From an archaeon (GTDB lineage: Archaea; Iainarchaeota; Iainarchaeia; Iainarchaeales; CSSED10-239), in contig DAOMZT010000002.1 of the NCBI GenBank assembly GCA_035400625.1, positions 137,649 to 201,648 of the forward strand: 64,000 nt of DNA, in the 5' to 3' direction. A program made the translations under genes and the position numbers. A model generated the notes under the pieces. That model was not told the DNA's origin and searched no databases. It saw only the letters and a program-made list of their open reading frames with translations. Below, in pieces: positions 1-10,498 of the stretch. Within the stretch, counting starts at the first letter, position 1; each line of letters opens with the position of its first letter.

Positions 1-2
1 TA

Positions 3-341
3 AAAATAGCAACAACTAGAAGTGGAACTTTAAGGCAAAGAGAATATGCAGATCCTTGTGCTATTAAAAGCGTTTCTGGAGACTTTACAAAGATTAAAGA
101 AAACGAGTATATGGGTGATTTCCATATTTCCATTGCAAGAGATGAAATACACACGGTAAGTGGTGTTTTAATCAAGGGTGTTGCTGATGGGGAATTAACC
201 ATAGTTTTTAAAATTATTGCTGAGCTTAATGAAGGAACAATCTATAGTCCTGAAGGTCAGAAAGAAGTAACGATGGTAAAAGAAAAGATAATTGAAGAGA
301 CTGCTCCTAAAAAACCAAAGAAGGAAATGATTATTGCTTAA
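3..341 (+). CDS. 3' end of a CDS entering from the left edge (hypothetical protein, C-terminal fragment)
   Basis: The frame of the listed 111..341 ORF stays open back to nt 3 (KIATTRSGTLRQREYADPCAIK...), so the Met at 111 is probably internal. Lys-rich tail, TAA at 339-341. No family recognised. Confidence 0.4.
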   Translation, partial: KIATTRSGTLRQREYADPCAIKSVSGDFTKIKENEYMGDFHISIARDEIHTVSGVLIKGVADGELTIVFKIIAELNEGTIYSPEGQKEVTMVKEKIIEETAPKKPKKEMIIA

Positions 342-354
342 ATCATTCTATTTC

Positions 355-3300
355 TTATCTTTCGTATTTTATTTTTGGAAATCCGCTATCTGGTTTTCTT
401 TTTCTTTCAATAATCAAAAATAAAACCAATAAAATTATTATTATTCCAATTATCCAAAATACCCATGAGAAGTCATGTTTAACCTTACTGCAAATTCCAT
501 TAACACAATCGCTTTCTTCTAATATCTCATTTAAGTCTTCTTCATCACGTAATAGTGCCATGTCTGTCATCTTGGCATTTGATATGAATTTGTTATCTAT
601 CACTTCTTTTTGAGCTACTTTTTTAATTGTGTAATTTAAATCAATGGTTTGGCCTGGGCTTATAGAAGGAATTAGCCATTCAACTATTGGGTCTCTAGAA
701 ACTATCCTTGTTGGATATGTTGTAAAGTCTATATCTGAAACGTCATTTGCTATTTCTTTAGGGATATATTCAGTTATCAGTACATTTTCTACTATCTTTG
801 TGCTTGGGTTGTATATTGATATTATATATTGTGCATTTGCTTTGCTTATTGTTCCATTTTTCTTAGTTATTGTAATTTCTGTTGTTCTAATTATGATTAT
901 TCCGTCTTCTCCAATTTTTGAATCTGAATAGACAAGAGTGTAGGCATCATCATCTAATATTTCTGTGCTGTTTTGTGATTGACTATCTTCTGTTTCTTCA
1001 TTGTTTTCTTCTGGAACATATATAATCTTTTTACTTTTACTGCCTCCGCCTGATGAAGAACTGGTTATTTCAAAATTAACGTCTTTGTTTGTGTTGTTGT
1101 GTGCCCTATCTTTACAGTAAATAAAATATTGGTAATTGCCAATAGAAAGATTATCAAATGTCCAAGATAAATTTGTTCCTTGCTTTTCATTATCGCTTGA
1201 AGCACCATCAAAGTTATCATTTTCTGTGTTTGTGTCTATTCTACAAGTTACATGTTCATTAGCATCTACAGAAATAATTGCTGTTCTTCGTACAATTCTT
1301 TTTGTTAAGTTTATCTCTGGTGCATTTTTGTCAATCTTAACAATTGTGAATTTTATGGTTTCATTATTGTCTGCATTATCTTGAGAGAAATATCTGATAT
1401 ATTTTACACATGTTCCTTCTGGACAATTTACTGAAACATTTGTTCCTATTTCGGTTGGAATACAAGCATTTAGAGTATCCACACAATAATATGTGTGTTT
1501 TACTCCGCTCCAATCATCAGTTGCTGTTAAAGTTATAGTCCTATCGTTTGCATGCCAATTATTATCAGAGTTATCAATTGTTATTGGTGCATCATTATCA
1601 ATTGCAACATATGTTGTTTTTTGAACTTCATAATTTCCCACCTTGTCTTTAGAATAATAAGTTAATTCATGATTTCCATCACTTGATAAGATAATAGAGT
1701 CATAATATTGGTAGGTTTCATTATTAAAGTCATAATAGCTTTTATCGCATCCAGAGCCATTAAAATCATTACAATCAAAATAAAGTGTAAGTGGTCCTTT
1801 TCTCCAAGTATTTGGGTTGTCATTTACTATGCTTGTTGTTGGGCTTTTGGTATCGCCTGTATAAGTATCTGTTCCTAATGCATTTCTTGTATTTGATAGA
1901 TTATCTGTTGCTCTAAGATTAAAAGAATATTTATTGCCATCTGTTATTATTATTGATTCACTAATACACATGCCATTTGTTGCATTCCATGTTGCTGGTT
2001 GCCAATTATTGCCATCAATCGTGTAATTACAATCCCTTATGCCTGAACCAACATCGCTAGCATATGCAAAAATTGTTCCTGTTCCATTAATAAACAATCC
2101 AGAAACATTAAAGTCTTCAGATAGTGTTGTGCTACTAATTGTTGGGGGCAAAGTATCTCCTGTGTATTTGATTGTAGGAATTCCTGTTGCTAATCTATTA
2201 AGATCATCTTCTATTCTTGTGTTAAAAATATAATTTGTTCCATTTATTATTGTTATTTCATCAGACTCACAACGATTTTCATCAGCATTCCAATTTGCAG
2301 GATACCAGCTTAACCCATCTGTTGTATATTCACAACTGTTTGTATCAAGTCCTGCACCGTTAGTATCTGTTATTTTACCACCTATTACTCTGCCAGTGCC
2401 TGTGATATAGTTTTCAGATATTGAAAAGTCTATTGTTTCTGTTTGGCCAACAGCAGGATAATTTTTATCTATTTTTACAAGATTAGATGTTTTTGGGTCT
2501 TCTTCGTTTCCTGCATTATCCACAGAATAATATACCACATATTTTTCACAAATTGAATTTTCTAGACATGTGATTTCAACAACTGTTCCTTCTTTATTTG
2601 GAGAACAGCTGTTACTATCATCAACACAATACCTTGTATAATCGATTCCACTTGTTGCATCATATGGACTTAAAGTGATATTTAGATCAGTAGCATGCCA
2701 TTGATTATCTGAGTTATCAGTAGTTTCAGGAGGTGTCTTATCTATTGCTATATATGCTGTCTGTATATTTTCATAATTATCAACATTATCAACTGAACGA
2801 TATTTAAAAAGATGATTGCCATCAGATGAAAATACAATTGTACGAGTATATTCTTTTATTTCGCCATTGTTTATTCTATAATGACTACTTTTACAGCCAG
2901 AACCATTACCATCATCACATGTTAAATTTATATCAATGTCTGTGGTGTTCCAACCATCATTTATTTCTGTTGCTGTTGTTGTTGGAGCATTACTATCAAC
3001 AATATAACTTTGTGTGCCTTCACCTGTTCCAACATTGCCCAGATTGTCTGATACTCTTGTCTTAAATATTTTTGAACCTTCACTTACACTAAAGGTTGGA
3101 GACTCACAATGATTATCAGTCCAGATTCCTGGTTTCCATGTATTACCATCATTAGCAGAATATAAACAAGTAGTTGTATTTATTCCTGAGCCATTATCTG
3201 TTGCTGTCCCAGAAACTACAATTCCTGAATGATTTATGAAATCATTATATATTGAAAAACCAGTTACTGTTGTTGCGCCAACAGCAGGGGCTTGAGTATC

Positions 3301-6300
3301 TCCAATGTAAGTTATTGTTGGAGTTCCAGTGCCTATTGATCCTGCATTGTTTTTTATTCTTGTATTAAAAGTATATGTTTTTGCATTTATTATTGTTCTC
3401 TCTGGAGATTCACAATGATCTATTTTCCACTCGGCAGGAAACCAGCTTGAACCATCAATTGTGTATTCACAAGTAGATGTGTTTATATCAGAACCAGTGT
3501 CATGCACATAACCACCAATAACTTTTCCTGTGCCTTTTATGTAATTATTATATGTAGTAAATCCACTTATTGTTGTGTCATCAACTACTGGATAGCTTGT
3601 ATCTATTTTTACAAGATTAGATGTTTTTGGGTCTTCTTCGTTTCCTGCATTATCCACAGAATAATATCTTACATATTTCTGGCATTGGCTTTCTGATTCA
3701 CAAGTAACTGGAACAACGATCCCAGGAGTTTGTGGATTACATTCCCCATTTGTGTCTATACAATAATATGTTTGCTTTACTCCACTTACATTGTCTATTG
3801 GATTTAATATTATATTGACATTTCCTGAATGCCAAGATGTATCAGAGTTATCTGTTGTTACTGGTGGCGTCTTATCCACTGCAACAATTCCTAATTTTAA
3901 GGCTTCTTCATTGCCAATATTATCCACAGAATAATAATCAATATGGTGGTTGCCATCATTTGATATTGTAAAAGTTCCTGGATAAGTAAACCAAGCACCA
4001 TTGTTTATTCTATATTTGGTAATTCTACAACCTGATAGGCCATTATCATCACATGTTAAAGTAATATTTTTATCTGTTTTTGACCAATCTGTTGTTGTCC
4101 CAGAAATAGTGGTTATTGGAGAAGATGTGTCCCCTATATATTCTTCTGAACAAAGGCCTGTTTTGTTATTATCAAGTTTGTCTTTTACTCTAAATGCAAA
4201 CTTATAATGTTTACCATCAATTGCGGTTCCATACCTCACACAATGGTCAGTTTCCCAAACAGCATCTGTCCAGTTAATTCCATCATCATCTGTAAACTCA
4301 CAAGAGGTAGTATCAACTCCAACCCCTGCATCTGTTATTGTTCCGCTTGTTATATTTCCTGTGCCTTTAAAATAATTGCCATATACTGTTACATTATTTA
4401 GTTGTATCTCTCCAGAAAATACAGGAGGCAACAAATCACCAGTATAAATTATTGTTGAAATTCCAGAACCTTGTTTTCCAAGCGCGTCTCTTATTCTGGT
4501 GTTAAATGAATAATTTGTTCCATTTTCTATTGTTATGTTTCCTGACTCACAACGATTTTCTTCTGCATTCCAAGTTGCAGTGTCCCAACTTGATCCGTCC
4601 TTTGTGTATTCACAACTGTTTGTATCAAGTCCCGAACCATTAGTATCTGTTATTTTTCCACCAATTACTTTGCCTTCTCCTTTGATGTGGTTTTCAAATA
4701 TTGAAAATCCTGATGTTGTGGTTAAACCTACAAGAGGATAACTTTTGTCAATCTTAACAAGATTAGATGTTTTTGTGGTTTCGTTATTATCGGCATTATC
4801 CACAGAATAATACATTACATATTTTTCACAAACAGAGCTTGATGGACAAGTAACATTTACTATTGTTCCTATAGTTCCTGTTGTCGGATCACATGTGCTG
4901 TCCTTATCTTCTGTTATACAATATTTTGTGTGTTTGATACCACTTGTTGCATCATATGGGCTTAAAGTAATATTTACATTTGTTGCATGCCAACTATTGT
5001 CTGAGTTGTCAGTAGTTCTTGGCTTTGTTGTGTCTACTGCCATATAGCTTGTTTGTTTTACTCCAGAGGTATCTAGATTATCTGTAGAATAATATTCAAT
5101 TATATGATTAGCATCAGTTGTTAGAGTAATTCTTGTAGATAATGCTATAGTTGTTATCCATTCTCCATTATCTACTCTGTAGGTTGTGCTTTTACAGCCA
5201 GATTTGTGGCCTTCACAATTTAAATCTAAATTAACATCTGTATTATTCCAAATATTATTCAACCCATACAACACAGAATCAGGAGCAGTAATATCTTCAA
5301 GATACTTGATAGTTTCTGTTCCTGTTCCTGGTGTTCCAAGATTATCTTTTACTCTTGTATTAAAAATATAATTTGTATCCAGCAGTATACTAAAATCAGG
5401 AGATTCACAATGATCTAATACCCAGATCCCTGGTTGCCAAGTATTACCATCATTAGTTGTGTACTGACAAGAGGTTGTATCAATTCCTGAGCCAGTATCT
5501 GTTGCTTTCCCGCCTACTACTTTTCCTGTGCCTTTGATATATGTGTTATTAAAATCAGAATTAAAGAAAGTTGTAAAACCAGAAAAGCCGGTATTACCAA
5601 CACTTGGAGCAATTAGGTCTCCAGTATAAGCAATTGTTGCAGTACCATAGCCTGTCTTTGGAGGTGATGAGTTATTTTCAATGCTTGTGTTGAAAATATA
5701 TGTCATATCATCATAGATATTAAAATCTGGAGATTCACAATGATCTATAACCCAATTAGCCGGTAACCAATTGACTCCATCGATTGTGTATTTACAAGTA
5801 TCTGTATTGATTCCAGCATCAGAATCATACACATAACCACCAATTACTCTGCCAGTTCCTCTTATATGCTCTTCATAAATTATAAAGCCACTAGTTGTAG
5901 TTTCATCAACAATTGGGTTGCTAGTATCTATCTTTATTTGTCTTGATGTTTTTATATCTTCTTTGTTCTCTGCATTATCAACAGAATAATATCTTACATA
6001 TTTCTGGCATTGACTTTCTGATTCACAAGTAACAGCAACTTGAGTACCTGGTGTTTCTGGATTACATTCCCCAATTATGTCTATACAATAATATGTTTGG
6101 GCAACACCACTGGTCTCATCGCTTGGTACCAAAGTAATATCTACAACTCCACTATGCCACAAATCATCAGAATTATCAATAGTTACTGGAGCCACCTGAT
6201 CTTGATAATAATAATCTGTTTTTGTGTTTTCTATATTTGATAGATTATCTACAGAATAATAATCAATCTGATAACTGCCGTCAGGCAAATTAAAATAAGA

Positions 6301-9300
6301 TGAATAGGTTTGCCAAACACCGTTGTTTATTCTGTAATTGGTTGATGCACAACCTGAAAGGCCATTGTCATCACAAGTCAAAGTAATATTTTTATCTGTT
6401 CTTGACCAATCTGTTGTTGTCCCAAAAATTGTGGTTGTTGGTGCAGTATCATCTCCAATATAAGCAATAGCATATGGTGCAATCTGTGTATTACCAAGCT
6501 TATCTTTTACTCTAAAGGTAGAAAAATATTGAATACCTGTTTTTATTGTTCCTGTTCTTCTACAATGATCTGTTTCCCAGATACCTGGTAGCCAAGTGCT
6601 TCCGTTATTTATTGTAAATTCACAAGTAGTAGTATCAATACCTGCACCTTCATCAACTATCGTGCCACTTCTTGCTTTGCCGAAACCATCAATACCTTTA
6701 AAGTACGAGTCATAAATTGTTACATCATAATATGTGGTTTCTCCTGTTATTACTGGCGGAGTGCAATCTCCAGTATAATTTACAGATGTTCCTGTTCCAA
6801 TACGGCCATTATTATTAGCAATTCTTGTATTAAAAATATAAGTTACATCATCATAGACATTAAAATCAGGAGATTCACAATGATCTGTTTTCCACTCGGC
6901 AGGTAACCAATTATTTCCATCAATTGTGTATTGACAGGAATCTGTGTTTAGATCAGAACCATTTGTGTCATATGTGTAACCACCAACCACTTTACCTTCT
7001 CCTTTAAAATAACTGCCTGCTGTTAAAAATCCAGAAACTGTTGTTTGACCAACTGTTGGGTAACTTTTATCTATTTGTATAAGATTAGATGCTTTTGGGG
7101 TTTCTTGGTTTCCAGCATTATCCACAGAATAATATCTTACATATTTTTGGCAAGCATTTCCTTCATCACAAGTAACATTAACAACTGTTCCTATAGTTCC
7201 TTCTGTTTTTGGATCACATGTGTTACTGTCATCAACACAATATTTTGTGTAATCTACTCCACTATTATTGTCTGTCGCTGTTAATGTAATATTGACATTT
7301 GAAGAATACCAAACATTTAATTCAGAATTGTCTGTTGTTACTGGTGGTGTTTTATCAATATAAACATACCCTGTCTTTGTAGTTTCAACATTATTAACAT
7401 AATCCACAGAATAATAATTTATTGTGTGTTTACCATCTGTTAATATTGTAAATGAATTATTATATTTTATATATTCACTTCCACCAAATGAATAATATGT
7501 TTCTTTACAACCAGCTCCTACATCTGAACAAGATAAAGAAACAGTTACATTAGAATTTACATAATTTGAGTTTGTTCCACTTATTGTTGTTACAGGTTTT
7601 TCTACATCTCCTATGTAAGGTATTGTAGCGGTTCCAATTCCTTGATTATTAAGCTTGTCTTTTACTCTTGTATTGAATTGATAATTTACACCATTTGAGA
7701 TAGTAACTGTTTCAGAAACACAATGATCTATTAGCCAACTTCCTATTTGCCAGCTAAAACCATTATTCAAGGTATATTCACAAGAGGTTGTATCTATTCC
7801 TGAACCAGTGTCTATTGCTTCTCCACCAATTACATTACCATTACCAGTAATATAATCACTTATATAATTGTTATATGTTGTAAAACCAGAAACTGTAGTT
7901 TCTCCTACACTTGGAGCATTTAAATCTCCTGTGTAAGTTATTGTTGGAGTTCCTGTTCCTGGTGTTCCTGCTAGATTTTTTATTCTTGTGTTAAATGTAT
8001 AACTTGTTCCATCTGTTATTGTTATTTCTTCCGACTCACAATGGTTTAGGACATATGTTCCAATATTCCAATCTGTTCCATTTGTCGTGTACTCACAAGA
8101 ATCTGTATTTACATCTCCTGTAACTGTCCCACCAATTATTTTTCCTGTTCCTTTGATATAGTTTGTTGAGATAGAAAAGCCACTTGTTTTTGTTTGACCA
8201 ACCCCTGGAACAGAAGAGTTTATCTTAACAAGTTTAGATGTTTTTGTTTCTTCTTGGTTTCCTACATTATCCACAGAATAATATCTTACATATTTTTCAC
8301 AAATATCATTTGAAGAACAAGTAACATTTGCAATTGTTCCTATTTCGTTTGGAGTACATTCTTCATCTTTATTTTCAGTTACACAATATTTTGTGTGATT
8401 TATATCAGAACCACCCATATCTGTAGCAGTCAAAGTAATTATTTGATTTGTGGCATGCCACTCATCATCTGAGTTATCTGTTGTTATTGGTGCAGTATTA
8501 TCAATAAAAAGCCAATAACCTGGATCATCCATATCTGCAAATTTGCCAGTAACTATATCTTTAACTTTACAAGCAAAAGTGTATCTGCCGTCAGGATATT
8601 GTTGATTATTACTATCAAAGTTACCTGCACCGTTGCCATCTGTCATTAATGTAGCAACAAAAGAGCCGCCTGATTTTTTTAATAAGTTTACATCATATTT
8701 TATATTTGGCCCAACATTATCAGAATAACAATTAAAATCTACTATTCTTCTATGATAACTTTCACTTTCTGGCTTAATCATATAAGGCAAACTAAGATTG
8801 ACATCAATTATTTCTACATTTTTTTGTTGATTTACTGTTAATGCAATAAAATTACCACCATGTATTGTTGCAGTGCCACTACTTGCTTTTGCCCAAAGAA
8901 TAACATTTACATCTTTATCATTAACATCCTCAAAAACAAATTGATTTTTTATAGTTCCATATGTTGAGGTAGTTGGAAATGTTCTACTAAAAACATTTGA
9001 ATTTCTATCATAAGTTTCACCAATAACTTGTATTTGCATATCAACCTGACAATTAGCCATAGAACATGTTACTGGTGCTGTTGAACTTACATATATCCCT
9101 CTGTTTGTGTCTTTTGAAAGTGTCATTGATGCAATTGGAACATAGTTTGCTGAAGAAACAGTTTTATTTGCTAAAGATATTTGATTATAATCCTCTTCAT
9201 CTTGTGAAAGTTGATAAACAAAAACACCTGGAATACTTATTGAAGAAGTTGCCAATTCTCTTTTGCCTTCAAAAACAAGGTTTGTATTTTGGTTTGCATT

Positions 9301-10290
9301 AACATCTACAAATTCTGCAAAAGAACCAGAGGCATTTGTGCCATTATTAACATATCTCGGATATTCTGCTTTTACAGTATTACCATTATAATTCATTCTA
9401 AAACTGATTGTAGAACTGCTTGTTGGTCCTTGCATATAATTTATAGAACCTAAGATAAATAACATTCCATTATATGCTGAAGAATTAAAAGCTCTGGTTG
9501 TTAATGCACTATATTCTGTGCTATTTACTGTTGTTGTTCCAACAACAAAATTATCTGTTTTTATTGTTGAGTTGCTATCGCTTTTGTTTGTAAACAAATT
9601 ACACACTGCTTTTCTAGAGGTTACAGTCACAGGATTATTTGTTATTCTCTGATGTCTTAATCTAAAATATCTTGTTCCATCTGACACTGTCCAAGCTTTT
9701 GTTGAAATATATACTGAACCTATCATATCACTAGTTAATGCCCTCGATACAGTACCTTGTGTTGTCCAGTTTACACCATCATCACTTGATTGAATTTCCC
9801 ATTCTCCTCCACTTGTTTTTTTTGTAAAATCACTAGCAACTTCAAGTACACAACCTACCTGAACAGTTGTGTCAGAGCCAAAATTTGGTTCATATGTCCA
9901 AGTTGCAATTGTTTGAAAACTATTAGGCACTCTTGTGCTTGCAGATCCATTTTGAAGAAATTGATACACAACAGGGTAGTTCTTAAATTCCATTTCTACT
10001 CGTTGTGGGTTTGTGGTTGTTTCATCTACCTGAACAGTTGTTTCTTTCCAATCTTTGTTTATGTTAGTAAATTTACATTCGTAAGTATCATCATCAAAAT
10101 TAATTGTAAAAGGACTTGTTTTGTTTGTTCTGTCATAGGCAGTGCCATTACAATCTACATTAATCCCAGAGACTGTAAATTCCGGACCTTTATCTTGATA
10201 AACATTAAAGGTTACTGCTGCAGAAAAAACATTAGGCAAGTAAAAACCTAAAATTATAAATAATAACAAAACAGTTAATTTTTTTCTCAA
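355..10290 (-). CDS. Giant (3311 aa) repeat-rich cell-surface protein with N-terminal signal peptide and C-terminal TM anchor
   Basis: Uninterrupted 9.9-kb ORF. N-terminus RKKLTVLLLFIILGFYLPNVFSA looks like a Sec signal peptide. C-terminus WVFWIIGIIIILLVLFLIIERKRKP is a TM helix plus basic tail, preceded by a Ser/Gly/acidic linker. About 600 aa of unique N-terminal region is followed by tandem A-B-B-C modules of Cys-containing Ig-like domains. The A/C types carry ...Y(Y/R)SVDN(A/V)GNxE..., a signature I associate with OmpL47-type/CHB_HEX_C-like beta-sandwich domains (recollection, not searched). The start codon is TTG at 10288-10290: no in-frame ATG lies upstream before a stop, and GGGGAT sits 4 nt upstream. 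Confidence 0.9.
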   Translation of the reverse strand: MRKKLTVLLLFIILGFYLPNVFSAAVTFNVYQDKGPEFTVSGINVDCNGTAYDRTNKTSPFTINFDDDTYECKFTNINKDWKETTVQVDETTTNPQRVEMEFKNYPVVYQFLQNGSASTRVPNSFQTIATWTYEPNFGSDTTVQVGCVLEVASDFTKKTSGGEWEIQSSDDGVNWTTQGTVSRALTSDMIGSVYISTKAWTVSDGTRYFRLRHQRITNNPVTVTSRKAVCNLFTNKSDSNSTIKTDNFVVGTTTVNSTEYSALTTRAFNSSAYNGMLFILGSINYMQGPTSSSTISFRMNYNGNTVKAEYPRYVNNGTNASGSFAEFVDVNANQNTNLVFEGKRELATSSISIPGVFVYQLSQDEEDYNQISLANKTVSSANYVPIASMTLSKDTNRGIYVSSTAPVTCSMANCQVDMQIQVIGETYDRNSNVFSRTFPTTSTYGTIKNQFVFEDVNDKDVNVILWAKASSGTATIHGGNFIALTVNQQKNVEIIDVNLSLPYMIKPESESYHRRIVDFNCYSDNVGPNIKYDVNLLKKSGGSFVATLMTDGNGAGNFDSNNQQYPDGRYTFACKVKDIVTGKFADMDDPGYWLFIDNTAPITTDNSDDEWHATNQIITLTATDMGGSDINHTKYCVTENKDEECTPNEIGTIANVTCSSNDICEKYVRYYSVDNVGNQEETKTSKLVKINSSVPGVGQTKTSGFSISTNYIKGTGKIIGGTVTGDVNTDSCEYTTNGTDWNIGTYVLNHCESEEITITDGTSYTFNTRIKNLAGTPGTGTPTITYTGDLNAPSVGETTVSGFTTYNNYISDYITGNGNVIGGEAIDTGSGIDTTSCEYTLNNGFSWQIGSWLIDHCVSETVTISNGVNYQFNTRVKDKLNNQGIGTATIPYIGDVEKPVTTISGTNSNYVNSNVTVSLSCSDVGAGCKETYYSFGGSEYIKYNNSFTILTDGKHTINYYSVDYVNNVETTKTGYVYIDKTPPVTTDNSELNVWYSSNVNITLTATDNNSGVDYTKYCVDDSNTCDPKTEGTIGTVVNVTCDEGNACQKYVRYYSVDNAGNQETPKASNLIQIDKSYPTVGQTTVSGFLTAGSYFKGEGKVVGGYTYDTNGSDLNTDSCQYTIDGNNWLPAEWKTDHCESPDFNVYDDVTYIFNTRIANNNGRIGTGTSVNYTGDCTPPVITGETTYYDVTIYDSYFKGIDGFGKARSGTIVDEGAGIDTTTCEFTINNGSTWLPGIWETDHCRRTGTIKTGIQYFSTFRVKDKLGNTQIAPYAIAYIGDDTAPTTTIFGTTTDWSRTDKNITLTCDDNGLSGCASTNYRINNGVWQTYSSYFNLPDGSYQIDYYSVDNLSNIENTKTDYYYQDQVAPVTIDNSDDLWHSGVVDITLVPSDETSGVAQTYYCIDIIGECNPETPGTQVAVTCESESQCQKYVRYYSVDNAENKEDIKTSRQIKIDTSNPIVDETTTSGFIIYEEHIRGTGRVIGGYVYDSDAGINTDTCKYTIDGVNWLPANWVIDHCESPDFNIYDDMTYIFNTSIENNSSPPKTGYGTATIAYTGDLIAPSVGNTGFSGFTTFFNSDFNNTYIKGTGKVVGGKATDTGSGIDTTSCQYTTNDGNTWQPGIWVLDHCESPDFSILLDTNYIFNTRVKDNLGTPGTGTETIKYLEDITAPDSVLYGLNNIWNNTDVNLDLNCEGHKSGCKSTTYRVDNGEWITTIALSTRITLTTDANHIIEYYSTDNLDTSGVKQTSYMAVDTTKPRTTDNSDNSWHATNVNITLSPYDATSGIKHTKYCITEDKDSTCDPTTGTIGTIVNVTCPSSSVCEKYVMYYSVDNADNNETTKTSNLVKIDKSYPLVGLTTTSGFSIFENHIKGEGKVIGGKITDTNGSGLDTNSCEYTKDGSSWDTATWNAEENRCESGNITIENGTNYSFNTRIRDALGKQGSGISTIIYTGDLLPPVFSGEIQLNNVTVYGNYFKGTGNITSGTITDAGVGVDTTSCEFTDDDGINWTDAVWETDHCVRYGTAIDGKHYKFAFRVKDKLDNNKTGLCSEEYIGDTSSPITTISGTTTDWSKTDKNITLTCDDNGLSGCRITKYRINNGAWFTYPGTFTISNDGNHHIDYYSVDNIGNEEALKLGIVAVDKTPPVTTDNSDTSWHSGNVNIILNPIDNVSGVKQTYYCIDTNGECNPQTPGIVVPVTCESESQCQKYVRYYSVDNAGNEEDPKTSNLVKIDTSYPVVDDTTISGFTTYNNYIKGTGKVIGGYVHDTGSDINTSTCEYTIDGSSWFPAEWKIDHCESPERTIINAKTYTFNTRIKNNAGSIGTGTPTITYIGDTQAPAVGATTVTGFSIYNDFINHSGIVVSGTATDNGSGINTTTCLYSANDGNTWKPGIWTDNHCESPTFSVSEGSKIFKTRVSDNLGNVGTGEGTQSYIVDSNAPTTTATEINDGWNTTDIDINLTCDDGNGSGCKSSHYRINNGEIKEYTRTIVFSSDGNHLFKYRSVDNVDNYENIQTAYIAIDKTPPETTDNSDNQWHATDLNITLSPYDATSGIDYTRYCVDDSNSCSPNKEGTVVEITCLENSICEKYVVYYSVDNAGNEEDPKTSNLVKIDKNYPAVGQTETIDFSISENYITGTGRVIGGKITDTNGAGLDTNSCEYTTDGLSWYPANWNADENRCESDEITIINGTNYIFNTRIEDDLNRLATGIPTIKYTGDTLPPTISSTTLSEDFNVSGLFINGTGTIFAYASDVGSGIRDCNYTIDGNNWQPATWNATNGMCISESIIITDGNKYSFNLRATDNLSNTRNALGTDTYTGDTKSPTTSIVNDNPNTWRKGPLTLYFDCNDFNGSGCDKSYYDFNNETYQYYDSIILSSDGNHELTYYSKDKVGNYEVQKTTYVAIDNDAPITIDNSDNNWHANDRTITLTATDDWSGVKHTYYCVDTLNACIPTEIGTNVSVNCPEGTCVKYIRYFSQDNADNNETIKFTIVKIDKNAPEINLTKRIVRRTAIISVDANEHVTCRIDTNTENDNFDGASSDNEKQGTNLSWTFDNLSIGNYQYFIYCKDRAHNNTNKDVNFEITSSSSGGGSKSKKIIYVPEENNEETEDSQSQNSTEILDDDAYTLVYSDSKIGEDGIIIIRTTEITITKKNGTISKANAQYIISIYNPSTKIVENVLITEYIPKEIANDVSDIDFTTYPTRIVSRDPIVEWLIPSISPGQTIDLNYTIKKVAQKEVIDNKFISNAKMTDMALLRDEEDLNEILEESDCVNGICSKVKHDFSWVFWIIGIIIILLVLFLIIERKRKPDSGFPKIKYER
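2466..2533 (-). repeat. 68-nt perfect direct repeat, copy 1 (inside the macro-repeat)
   Basis: Checked base by base: tatctatttttacaagattagatgtttttgggtcttcttcgtttcctgcattatccacagaataatat is identical to 3600..3667. It encodes YYSVDNAGNEEDPKTSNLVKID. Confidence 0.9.
3600..3667 (-). repeat. 68-nt perfect direct repeat, copy 2
   Basis: Identical to 2466..2533, 1134 nt away (one macro-repeat period). Other unit pairs are also near-identical, e.g. 3655-3712 vs 5985-6042 and 4011-4110 vs 6331-6430. Confidence 0.9.
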
Positions 10291-10425
10291 AAGAATCCCC
10301 GATTTAAAATTATTATTTATCTATTATATATATACTAAATTATATTTATAAATATAATTATTTCAAATAAAATTACGATATTAAAAAGAGAAAAAAAGTA
10401 AAAGATTAGAAAAAGAAAATTGCTA

Positions 10426-10498
10426 CGCCCCAGGTAGGATTTGAACCTACGACCTATCGATTAACAGTCGATTGCTCCAACCACTGAGCTACTGAGGC
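10426..10498 (-). tRNA. tRNA-Asn (anticodon GTT)
   Basis: The minus strand reads GCCTCAG-TA-GCTC-AGTGGTTG-GAGC-A-ATCGA-CTGTTAA-TCGAT-AGGTC-GTAGG-TTCAAAT-CCTAC-CTGGGGC-G. Canonical 73-nt cloverleaf, no encoded CCA. Confidence 0.92.

Larger units (their letters stand above)
1320..8520 (-). repeat. Intragenic tandem macro-repeat, period ~1.15 kb (~385 aa): six periods defined by seven A-domain anchors
   Basis: The motif (T/I)(T/I)DNS(D/E)xxW(H/Y) (plus-strand ...gagttatc(t/a)gt...) recurs at about 8500, 7350, 6200, 5030, 3870, 2740 and 1590, spaced 1130-1170 nt apart. The flanking domains (SGF..Y(I/F)KG(T/E)GK(V/I)IGG...SCEYT...HCES...FNTR; TTISGT.TDWS.TDKNITLTCDDNGLSGC) recur in the same order. 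Confidence 0.9.

Noticed and set aside
1320-8520. Periodic repeats as a possible CRISPR array or satellite
   Set aside because: The period is ~1.15 kb, the repeats are in frame and protein-coding, and there is no short repeat/spacer architecture. No cas genes were seen.
644-10251. Plus-strand ORFs (60-153 aa) inside the 3311-aa gene, e.g. 644..931, 2826..3065, 9790..10251
   Set aside because: All are antisense shadows of one uninterrupted 9.9-kb minus-strand ORF. Their products are low-complexity and Cys/Phe/Ile-rich, with no SD or family resemblance.
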